Positions 29,230-37,478 of a DNA stretch of 64,000 nucleotides are shown one piece after another. Position numbers and translations under genes: made by a program. This DNA comes from an uncultured Acidobacteriota bacterium. Its GTDB lineage: Bacteria > Acidobacteriota > Vicinamibacteria > Vicinamibacterales > JAKQTR01. Location: contig CAVOWJ010000007.1 in NCBI GenBank assembly GCA_963700065.1, positions 786,637 through 850,636 of the forward strand, in the 5' to 3' direction. How positions within the stretch are numbered: position 1 is the stretch's first letter; every line of letters begins with the position of its first letter. Below the pieces are notes generated by a model. It worked only from the letters and a program-made list of their open reading frames with translations. It ran no database searches and was not told the origin of the DNA.

Positions 29230-29377
29230 AGGACATGCCCGTGTTCGGCGGCGTCTCGTCGCCGGGCAACCTGCCCGATGTCACCACCGCGGCCGCGCTG
29301 AACACGTTCGGCACCGTCTCCCGCACAGACGATTCGGCGGCCACATCCGGGGCGATTGCATCATCTGGGGCGACTGA
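29230..29377 (+). pseudogene. remnant of an S8 protease core fused by internal deletion to a terminal IIWGD unit
   Basis: DMPVFGGVSSPGNLPDVTTAAALNTFGTVSRTDDS is collinear with VDVPVFGGISSPGNLPDVITVGALNTFGTVDRGDDS of gene 1. It then jumps to ...GATTGCATCATCTGGGGCGACTGA, out of frame. Confidence 0.6.
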
Positions 29378-29436
29378 AAGACCGCAGTCAGGGCCTGCAG
29401 GCATCCGAGCGCGGGCTCTGAAGGCGCTTACAACGG

Positions 29437-29781
29437 TCAGAGCAACAGCGGCACCTGCTTCGCCGATTCCGGCGTCATCAGCAGCAGGGCGCGGAATGCC
29501 TGCCGGTGCGCGCCGAGGTCGGGAGACGGCGCGATGAACTCGGCCGCCACGAGGTCGCGCCACCGGAGCAGCTCTTTCCGGCGGGTTGAGGTCGCCTCCG
29601 CCACCGTGAGATCGGTCAACTGCAGCACGCGCTCGTAGCACCCGCGCGCCTGATCGACCGCCGGCCCGGCCAGCAGCGACGACGCCCGGTTCATCTCGTT
29701 CGCGATCATCAGCACCTGCGTGGGAAAGGGAAACTGGCGCCATCGTTCGGGCGAGAGCCCCCGGTGCTGCGGCGCGGTCAC
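29437..29781 (-). CDS. hypothetical protein (114 aa)
   Basis: Only the C-terminal part of ORF 29437..30075 reads sensibly. GTG 29781 overlaps the upstream stop (GTGA). Confidence 0.45.
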   Translation of the reverse strand: MTAPQHRGLSPERWRQFPFPTQVLMIANEMNRASSLLAGPAVDQARGCYERVLQLTDLTVAEATSTRRKELLRWRDLVAAEFIAPSPDLGAHRQAFRALLLMTPESAKQVPLLL

Positions 29782-30158
29782 AGAGCCTCGCCCGTCCCGA
29801 TCAGGCCTTCCACCAGGCGGCGGACCTGCTCCCGGACGTCCTGGCTCTGGATCTCCATGCTTCGGTTGCCCTGGCCCGGGCGGATGTTGATGAGCGCCGT
29901 GTACTCGACGCATCGCTCGGGGCCCAGCCCCGGGAAGTAGTTCGCGCCCCACAGATCTTCCTGCCTGCTGCCCCGGTCGAGCAGCAGCGCTTCGGCGTCC
30001 GCGTGCAGCTCGCCGCCGGCGGCCACCAGACCGCGCCGCACGTCGACGACGATCTTGACCATGTCGCCGAACCACGCGGCGACCAGGCGACGCAGCTGCT
30101 CTGGCGGGATCGGCGCTGCCGCGATCACAATCGACGGGGCGCTGTCGGGGCCTGCCAT
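29778..30158 (-). CDS. DUF5674-like hypothetical protein (126 aa)
   Basis: Sensible sequence starts at MAGPDSAPSIVIAAAP... It contains IVVDVRRGLVAAGGELHADAEALLLDRGSRQEDLWGANYFP, which I recall as DUF5674-like. The family name is tentative. Confidence 0.5.
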   Translation of the reverse strand: MAGPDSAPSIVIAAAPIPPEQLRRLVAAWFGDMVKIVVDVRRGLVAAGGELHADAEALLLDRGSRQEDLWGANYFPGLGPERCVEYTALINIRPGQGNRSMEIQSQDVREQVRRLVEGLIGTGEAL

Positions 30159-30304
30159 GCGCCTCAGATTATCCCATGGCCGTGCGGATGCCAACGCCGG
30201 GGCACGCGCCTGCCGCACCAGCCGGCGGCCCCGCGTCCGCGCCTCCGCGAGGCGCCTCAACAGGCCCCCGAACCGGCTACACTACCCGGAACGGGAGCCT
30301 TCAC

Positions 30305-32356
30305 ATGACCATCGCCACCCGGGCCGGCCGCGCCGCGGCCGCGATTGCCGCCGTCACGCTGTTCGCCCTCGCTTCTCTCGGCGCCGCCCAGCCCGCGTCC
30401 GACTGGATGCTCTACCGCGCCGCCATCGCCGCCGCCAGCGGCGCGCTGCGCCTGCACGAAACCTCCGACGCCAAGCGCTGGCTGGCCGACGCGCCCGCCG
30501 CGCACCGCGGCTGGGAGTGGCGCTACCTGAACGGCCTGGCCGACGAGAGCGTCGCCGCGCGCAAGGCGCACGACGCGGTCATCACCGGCCTCGCCGCCAG
30601 CCTCGACGGCCGCCTGCTCGCCACCACTTCCGCCGACAAGTCGGTGAAGCTGTGGGACGCGCAATCGGGCGCGCCCGTCGCCACCCTCGCCGGCCACACC
30701 GCCGCCACGTGGTCGCCCGCCTTCCGGCCGGGCGGCGCGCACCTGGCGACGATGGGGTCGGACGGCGCCGTGCGGGTGTGGTCCGTCGCCGACGCGCGCG
30801 AGGCGCGCGAAGCCCGCGCGTACGAGAAGCTCGGCAACGGCATGGGCGCCGTGGCCTGGAGCCCCGACGGCGCGCTGCTGGCCGCCGCCACGTGGACCTT
30901 CGAGCGCGGCGCGGGCGTCAAGGGCTGGCTGCATCTCTGGGATTTCGAAAAGAACGCCCTGCTCTGGAAGGCCGAGTACGGCGTGAAGCCGATCGTGTCG
31001 CTCGCGTTCCATCCCGACGGCACGCGCTTCGCCGCGGGCACGTGGGACGGATGGGTGGGCGTGTTCCCCGTTGACGGGGGCGGCAAGCCGGCGGCGGAGG
31101 CGAAGCAGACGGCGGTGGACGGCTCCTACCCTGCCGTCCAGGCCGTGGCGTACGCGCCCGACGGCAACACGCTGGCCGTCGCGTTCAAGGACAACATGGT
31201 CCGCCTCTACGACGCGCGCACCGCCGGGTTGCGCCACGAGCTGCGCGGTCATCCGCGCTGGGCCAACGCCGTGGCGTTCGGGCCTGGCGGCGCGTGGCTG
31301 GCGTCGGGGTCGTCGGACGAGACGCTGCGCATCTGGGACGCCGCCACCGGCCGCGAGCGGCGCGTCCTGCGCGGCCACACGGCGTCGGTCAATGCCGTGG
31401 CCGTCGTGCCGCAGCACGCGCGCGCCGTCACCGGCGCCGCCGACGGCACGCTCCGCTGGTGGGACATGGCGAAGGCCGGGTCGCCGCGCGATCGCTGGAC
31501 GCACGAGGGCGACGTCTACGGCTTCGCGTTCTCGCCCGACGGCAGGCTGGCCGCGTCCGCGTCCTGGGGCGGCGCCGTGAAGCTATGGGACACCGCCACC
31601 GGCCGCGAGCGCTGGAGCAAGCCGATTCACCAGAGCTCGGCCAACGCCGTGGCCTTCAGCCCCGACGGCGCGCGCCTCGTGAGCGGCGGCAACGACGGCC
31701 GGCTGCAGCTGGTGAACGCGGCCGACGGCGCCGTCATCGCCACGTGGGAAACCGTGAAGGACGGCCGCGCCGCCGCCATCGCGTGGAGCGCCGACGGCCG
31801 CACCGTCTTCTGCCCGTCGTCGCGCCCCACGGGCAAGGTGTGGGACGCGGCCACGGGCCAGGTGCTGCACACGCTCACCGGCGGCACCGGCGAGATCTAC
31901 GACGCCGCGTTCTCGCCCGACAGCCGGCTCGTCGCTCTCGGCTGGACCGGCGGCGAGGCCATCGTCTTCGATCGGGCCACCGGCGCGCCCATCGTCGGCC
32001 TTCCGATACAGGCGGGGGGTGTCTGGGCCGTGGCGTTCCATCCCAACGGCAGAGTGCTGGCCACCGGCAGCGGCGGCCGGGTGATTGCGCTCTGGGAGAT
32101 GCCGTCGGGCACACCCGTGCGCTCGCTCGAAGGCCACACCGAACTCGTCTACGACCTGCACTTCTCGCCCGACGGCGCGCGGCTCGCGTCGGCGAGCACC
32201 GATCAGAGCGTGCGGCTGTGGGAGCCCGGTTCGGGCGCGCACCTGCTGACGATTCCCTATCCCGTCCAGGTGTACGGCGTGCGGTTCAGCCCCGACGGCC
32301 GCACGCTGGCCGTGGCGCCCATGGACAGCAGCATCCGCCTGCTCGAAGCGAAATAG
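30305..32356 (+). CDS. secreted WD40 repeat protein
   Basis: Start MTIATRAGRAAAAIAAVTLFALASLGAAQP. Many WD repeats: SADKSVKLWD, GSDGAVRVWS, SSDETLRIWD, ADGTLRWWD, WGGAVKLWD, STDQSVRLWE. Confidence 0.85.
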   Translation: MTIATRAGRAAAAIAAVTLFALASLGAAQPASDWMLYRAAIAAASGALRLHETSDAKRWLADAPAAHRGWEWRYLNGLADESVAARKAHDAVITGLAASLDGRLLATTSADKSVKLWDAQSGAPVATLAGHTAATWSPAFRPGGAHLATMGSDGAVRVWSVADAREAREARAYEKLGNGMGAVAWSPDGALLAAATWTFERGAGVKGWLHLWDFEKNALLWKAEYGVKPIVSLAFHPDGTRFAAGTWDGWVGVFPVDGGGKPAAEAKQTAVDGSYPAVQAVAYAPDGNTLAVAFKDNMVRLYDARTAGLRHELRGHPRWANAVAFGPGGAWLASGSSDETLRIWDAATGRERRVLRGHTASVNAVAVVPQHARAVTGAADGTLRWWDMAKAGSPRDRWTHEGDVYGFAFSPDGRLAASASWGGAVKLWDTATGRERWSKPIHQSSANAVAFSPDGARLVSGGNDGRLQLVNAADGAVIATWETVKDGRAAAIAWSADGRTVFCPSSRPTGKVWDAATGQVLHTLTGGTGEIYDAAFSPDSRLVALGWTGGEAIVFDRATGAPIVGLPIQAGGVWAVAFHPNGRVLATGSGGRVIALWEMPSGTPVRSLEGHTELVYDLHFSPDGARLASASTDQSVRLWEPGSGAHLLTIPYPVQVYGVRFSPDGRTLAVAPMDSSIRLLEAK

Positions 32357-32597
32357 GACCCGCTCGATCCGGACTCGGATGCACAGTTCTACGCCGAATC
32401 CTGGCCGCCCGGCACGAAACCTCGCCGCCGTGCGCAGTTGCGCGCACCCGGCGCCGGTTGACCGGTTGTCCTACTGGCCAACTCGTTGTCCGGCATGCAG
32501 TTAACCAAGCACGACCCTCGCCGGCACTCTCCACGCTAACTGCCTCAGCCTGACGCACTTTCGGCCGCCCGGCCTCGACGATCCCGGCCGCTCCCAC

Positions 32598-32613
32598 TGG
32601 CACCATTTTCGCT
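32598..32613 (+). promoter_or_regulatory. sigma-54 type -24/-12-like motif upstream of the HTH gene and S8 protease 2
   Basis: TGGCACCATTTTCGCT has one mismatch to TGGCAC-N5-TTGCW and the correct GG-N10-GC spacing. It lies about 29 nt before GTG 32642. Confidence 0.3.
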
Positions 32614-32641
32614 GCGTTACCACGCCGGGTGGAGGTGTCGG

Positions 32642-32851
32642 GTGGACCGCCACAACAACAAAGTCCAGACTCTCAAGGAGTTTACGATCCGCAGCCTGTC
32701 GCTGGCCCAGACGAGCGAGGCCCTCGGCGTCTCGCGCCGCACACTCTATTACTGGATCAAGCGGGGCCGCCTGAAGACGCGGCGCACCTCGATGGGCTCT
32801 CAGCGCGTGCTGCTCGATTCGTTGAAGGCCAGCTGGGTGCAGCGGCACTAG
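32642..32851 (+). CDS. excisionase/MerR-type helix-turn-helix DNA-binding protein
   Basis: ORF track 69 aa. LAQTSEALGVSRRTLYYWIKRGRLK is a typical excisionase-family HTH. SD GGAGGTG. Confidence 0.7.
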   Translation: MDRHNNKVQTLKEFTIRSLSLAQTSEALGVSRRTLYYWIKRGRLKTRRTSMGSQRVLLDSLKASWVQRH

Positions 32852-32921
32852 CGCCGGGTCGATAGACAACTGGATGAGTTTCGCACGGGCACCTGTGGGC
32901 GCATGCCCGCGGAGGAGCGAT

Positions 32922-34595
32922 ATGAACGGCAGGTTCTCGATCGTGCGGCGGGCGGTGACCCTGGCACTGGGCGCGGCCCTCGTCGCCGGGCTGGCGCTGC
33001 CCGCCTCGGCGCAGCACCGGGCGCGGCTGTCGAAAGACCTGGCCGCCGAGCTGGCATCGCCCACGCGCGCGGCCCTCCAGGTGATCGTGGAGGGCGACGA
33101 CGCGCGGGTGAAGACGCTGGCGGCGCGCTACGGCTTCCGCGTCACGAAGATGCTCGACGGCGCCGCGGTTCTCGAGGGCTCGGCCAACCAGGTCGACGCG
33201 GCCGCCGGCGATCCCGACATCGCGCGCCTCTCGCTCGACGCCGACGTGCGCGGCCAGATGGCCGTCACGCGCGAGACCATCGGCGCCGACCTCGCCTACG
33301 GCGGCTTCGGCGGCGTGCCTGGCGTTACCGGCAGCGGTGTCGTCGTGGCCGTCATCGACTCGGGCGTCGATCGCACCAATCCCGCCGCCGCGGGCAAGGT
33401 GCTCGAGACGGTCGACTTCACCGCCACCGGCGACAACGATCTTTTCGGCCACGGCACGCACCTCACCAGCGTGATTGCCGGCAACGAGCTGGGCGGCAAC
33501 TACGGCGGCGTCGCCCCCGGCGCGCGCATCGTCTCGCTCAAGGTGCTCGAGGCCGACGGCTCGGGCAAGACCAGCAACGTCATCCGCGCCCTCAGGTGGG
33601 TGCGCGAGAACGCCCGGCGCCTCAACATCCGCGTGGTCAACGTGTCGCTCGGCCACCCCGTGTTCCAGTCGTACAAGGACGACCCGCTGGCGCAGGCCGT
33701 GCAGAAGACCATCGACGCGGGCCTGGTGGTGGTGGCCTCGGCGGGCAACTACGGCAAGGTGACCATCGACGGCAAGGACGTGCCCGTGTATGGCGGCATC
33801 TCGTCGCCGGGCAACCTGCCCGACGTCATCACCGTGGGCGCGCTCAACACCAGGGGCACCGTCAACCGGTTCGACGATCAGGTGACGACGTACAGCTCGA
33901 GGGGGCCGAGCGCGATCGACCGGGTGATCAAGCCCGATCTCGTGGCGCCGGGCAACAAGGTGTATGGCGCGCTGGTGACTGGCAGCACCGTGGACCAGAC
34001 CGCGCCGGCGGGCACCGAGATGCCGTCGCCGAACGGCACGCCCATGGTGGCCATGAGCGGGTCGAGCGTGTCGGCGGGCGTTGTGACCGGTGTCGTGGCG
34101 CTGATGCTCGAGGCCAACCCGTCGCTCGGCCAGCGGCACGTGAAGATGGCGCTGCAGCTCTCGGCGCAGTTCATGCCCGAGGGCGTGCTCGTCGCCGGGT
34201 CGGGGAGCCTGAACGCGGCGGGGGCCGTGTGGATGGCGAAGAACGGACCCAGCCCGAAGGTGCCCAAGGCGCTCATCGACGTGGACGAGATTGCGGGCAG
34301 CGGGGTGCTCTTCTGGAGCGGGAAGAAGAGCGGGCTGAAGGACATCCTGCACGGGAGCCGGATCATCTGGGGCGATCGCATCATTTGGGGCGATCGCATC
34401 ATCTGGGGCGATCGCATCATCTGGGGCGATCGCATCATCTGGGGCGACCGGATCATCTGGGGCGACCGCATCATCTGGGGCGACCGCATCATCTGGGGCG
34501 ACCGCATCATCTGGGGCGACCGCATCATCTGGGGCGATCGCATCATCTGGGGTGACCGGATCATCTGGGGCGACTGCCTCGCTTCGGGGGAATAG
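32922..34595 (+). CDS. secreted S8 (subtilisin-like) serine peptidase with C-terminal ([SD]RIIWG)x12 array; paralogue of 25913..27838
   Basis: Start MNGRFSIVRRAVTLALGAALVAGLALPASA follows SD GGAGGAG. Triad contexts VIDSGVD, HGTHLTS and SGSSVSAG. Confidence 0.9.
   Translation: MNGRFSIVRRAVTLALGAALVAGLALPASAQHRARLSKDLAAELASPTRAALQVIVEGDDARVKTLAARYGFRVTKMLDGAAVLEGSANQVDAAAGDPDIARLSLDADVRGQMAVTRETIGADLAYGGFGGVPGVTGSGVVVAVIDSGVDRTNPAAAGKVLETVDFTATGDNDLFGHGTHLTSVIAGNELGGNYGGVAPGARIVSLKVLEADGSGKTSNVIRALRWVRENARRLNIRVVNVSLGHPVFQSYKDDPLAQAVQKTIDAGLVVVASAGNYGKVTIDGKDVPVYGGISSPGNLPDVITVGALNTRGTVNRFDDQVTTYSSRGPSAIDRVIKPDLVAPGNKVYGALVTGSTVDQTAPAGTEMPSPNGTPMVAMSGSSVSAGVVTGVVALMLEANPSLGQRHVKMALQLSAQFMPEGVLVAGSGSLNAAGAVWMAKNGPSPKVPKALIDVDEIAGSGVLFWSGKKSGLKDILHGSRIIWGDRIIWGDRIIWGDRIIWGDRIIWGDRIIWGDRIIWGDRIIWGDRIIWGDRIIWGDRIIWGDRIIWGDCLASGE
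34356..34574 (+). repeat. 18-bp in-frame tandem repeat x12 encoding [SD]RIIWG
   Basis: 219 nt. The synonymous unit variants match those of the 27347 array. It is followed by CLASGE and a stop. Confidence 0.95.
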
Positions 34596-34715
34596 GCTCT
34601 CCTACTGAGCTAGCCCTCAAGGGTTAGCACTACTTCGTCAGACTCGATCCTTCATACCACGCAATCCGATGTTGGCTACTGGTACAAATGACGCGAATTC
34701 TCTACGATTGTATGC

Positions 34716-35365
34716 GTGACGGAGGTCGAAGCCCGCGCGGTGCTGCAACGCTTCGGCGCCGTTGCAGAACGGTTCGCGCCCTGCTTCGGTCGGCACATGC
34801 AGCGCGATGAGGCGAGTCGCTACCTGGCGGGCCTCGTCAACGATAGCGCGCGCAATTCAATGCAGGCGATGCATGGCCGGTCGAGCGACGCGGGGTCGTA
34901 CCAAGCACTGCAGCACTTCATTACGCACTAGCAGTGGGCCGTCGGTCCTGTCAGGGCGCGCCTGCGCGCCGCGATCGCGGACCGCAGCGGCATTCTCGCG
35001 TTCGACGATACGGGGTTCCCGAAACAGGGCACGCACTCGGTGGGCGTGAGGCGGAACTACTGCGGGGCGCTTGGGAAGACGGGCAACTGCCAGGTCGGCG
35101 TGTCGACCCCCTTAGTTGGGCCAGCGATCGTGTGGCCGACGAGTTGCGAGTTGTACCTGGCGGTCGACTGGGCGGTGGATCCCGACCAGCTCGACCAGGC
35201 GCGCTTGCCGCGCATGGTCCGCTCCCGCGAGAAATGGTCCATCGTCTTGGCGCACATTCGCGAGGTCGTGAAGGCCGGCTTCACGATCGAGGCCGTGGTC
35301 GCCGACGTCGACTATGGCACGACGACCGTGTTTCGCACCGGGCTGGAGCGGCTGGGCCTGCCGTC
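34716..35365 (+). mobile_element. IS701-family transposase gene, 5' ~216 codons, with in-frame TAG (34929) and 3' truncation
   Basis: AFDDTGFPKQGTHSVGVRRNYCGALGKTGNCQVGVS is a classic IS701-type DDE N-terminal motif. The same frame continues across the TAG. Homology ends at GLERLGLP, where the IS21 fragment begins. Confidence 0.75.
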
Positions 35366-35374
35366 CCGACCCCA

Positions 35375-35968
35375 CCGCAGCGCGGTGGTTTTCGGGCGGT
35401 CGAAGACCGCGACCAAGGGGATGCCGCCGAAAGCAGCCAGATGGGCCACGAGGGTCCGCACCAGCGTCTCGACGCGCTCGTCGGGCACCCGCGTCACCTC
35501 GACCCACCGGTAGTACTCCAGCCGCGAGGCAAAGAAGTGAACCTTCTCCTCCCCGCCGTCCTGATACCGGACGATCACCTCGCCGAAGTAGTGCTGGGAG
35601 AACTGGCCCGCCAGCGCTTCAAACCGCACCAGCGGCGTCACCACCCGGCCGCGCAACGTCTGCGCCAAGGCATATCGCGCCGTCTCGCCGCCCGTGTAGC
35701 CTGCTCCGCGGGCGCGGTGGAGCAACTCGATCGTCCGCAGCGTCGCATCCTCCGCCAACACCCCCCAGAAAACCTCGAGATACGCCTGCGCCTTGGGCTG
35801 ACGCCCGATCTGCCGCCGGTCCCGCTCCGCATCGTTATCGACCGTCGTGACCGCGGCTTCGTCCACGACCCGCCGGACCGTCCCGACGAATACGCCGCTG
35901 AGCGCCGCCACCTCGGTCAGGGTGTGCCCCGCCCGCCGCAGCACCTGGATTTCGCGTCGCTTGAGCAT
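35375..35968 (-). mobile_element. IS21-family istA transposase, 5' fragment (HTH plus start of the catalytic region)
   Basis: MLKRREIQVLRRAGHTLTEVAALSG...PLVAVFDRPKT. The remainder of ORF 35312..35968 reads through into IS701 DNA. Confidence 0.65.
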
Positions 35969-37234
35969 CTAGATCATCCTTGGAAGTGTCAACGATCTTT
36001 CGCACTCTCTGCGGTGACCTCTGCCTGATTGCAACGCGATCTTGGCACGAGCCTCGTCGGTAAACACCAATGCCGCGGTCAGGTAGCGTCGAGATCCCCA
36101 GCGCCTCGCGGCCACATGCCGCAGACGCGCGGCGACGAGCATCAAGGCCGATTGGCCGTTCGGGAACGCCCCGACGACCCGTGTCCGTCGGAGGATCTCG
36201 CGAATGATCCGCTCCAGCGGGTTGTTGGTGCGTGTCTGGCGCCAGTGCGTGCAGGGAGACGCATCGTAGGTCAGCGTGTCGCCGACGGCCTCCTGGATGA
36301 GCTTGGCCGCCTTGCCCAGCTTCATTCTCTCGAGCTTCGATGCCACCTCCTTCGCCTTGGCCTTCGCGGCCGTCCGGTCTTCCTGCGCGTGAATCGCCTT
36401 CAGCATCCGGACGACATCCGCGAACTTGCCATCGGGGATCAGGCTGAACACATTCCGGTACCCGTGCACGACGCAGCGCTGCCACCGCACGTCGGGAAAG
36501 ACCTCCGCGGCGGCATCCACGAGGCCGACGCAGGCATCGCTGACAATGAGCTGCACGCCGTTCAACCCGCGGTCTTTGAGGTGCCGGCGGGACCCCAGCC
36601 AGCCGCTGCGGCTTCCTTGTCGCGCTCGGCAACGCCCAGGATGTGTCGATAGCCATCGATCCCGATGCCGATCGCCACCAGCACCGAGACGTTGCGCACT
36701 TCGCCGGGCCAGCTCCGCGTCAGCACGAGCCCATCGAGGAACACCTAGAAATGGCTCCCATCGATCGGTTTGGTGCGCCAGGTTTTAGTCTGGGCGTAGA
36801 TCCGCTGATTCAAGCGGCGGACGGTCCCGGAGCTCACCCGCGTACCCCAGAGGGCTTCGGTGATGTCTTCGACCCGGCGCACACTGACTCCAGCAAGATA
36901 CCTCTCGACCAAGGCCTCTTCGACCGAGGCTTCTCGACGGCGGTACCGCTCGATGATCGCCGTTTCGAAGGCGAGCCGGCGCAGCTTCGGCACCTTCAGG
37001 GTGACTTCGCCCGCCATCGTCTCGAGCTGCCGCTCGTAATGACGGGCCCGGGTGTCCACCCGTTCCGGTGACCGCTCGTACCGCTGGGCGCGGCAGATGC
37101 GATCGGCTTCCGCATCCAAGATGCGTATTCAGCGTCTCTTCCGCAATGCCGAGCACGACCTCATCGACGCGCACCTTGAGCTTCGTCTCGTCAACGGATA
37201 CCGCCTCGAGCCGGGTAGTGGTATCGTCCTGCAC
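35969..37234 (-). mobile_element. IS256-family (mutator-type) transposase pseudogene
   Basis: The pieces are ORFs 36785..37234, 36745..37119, 36562..36744 and 35969..36565 (SVLVAIGIGIDGYRHILGV, LIVSDACVGL, WQRCVVH, RTNNPLER). It has an in-frame TAG at 36745 and frame shifts near 37125 and 36600. Confidence 0.8.
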
Positions 37235-37478
37235 GGTGGCCTCCTCTCGGGTCTGGTCATGGGCGTTTTGGCGAACACCATTGAACCAGACAGAAGGTCA
37301 CCACTCAAAAGTGCGAAGGAATCGGTACGTTATCTCTTCCTTGTTCTCGCCGGAGATGGAGTCTCCAGCGATTCTCCGCCCGGAGAACGCTACGGAAAGG
37401 TGGTCAGAATTCCCTGAAGAGGCGTGATCAGAATTCTCGGAACCCGCAAGTGCTAAGCAATAGGCGCAGCGACTCGAT

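Noticed and set aside
34608-34631. Hairpin GCTAGCCC-TCAA-GGGTTAGC after S8 gene 2, considered as an intrinsic terminator.
   Set aside because: The stem is short and imperfect, and no U-tract follows. It could equally be an IS terminal sequence.
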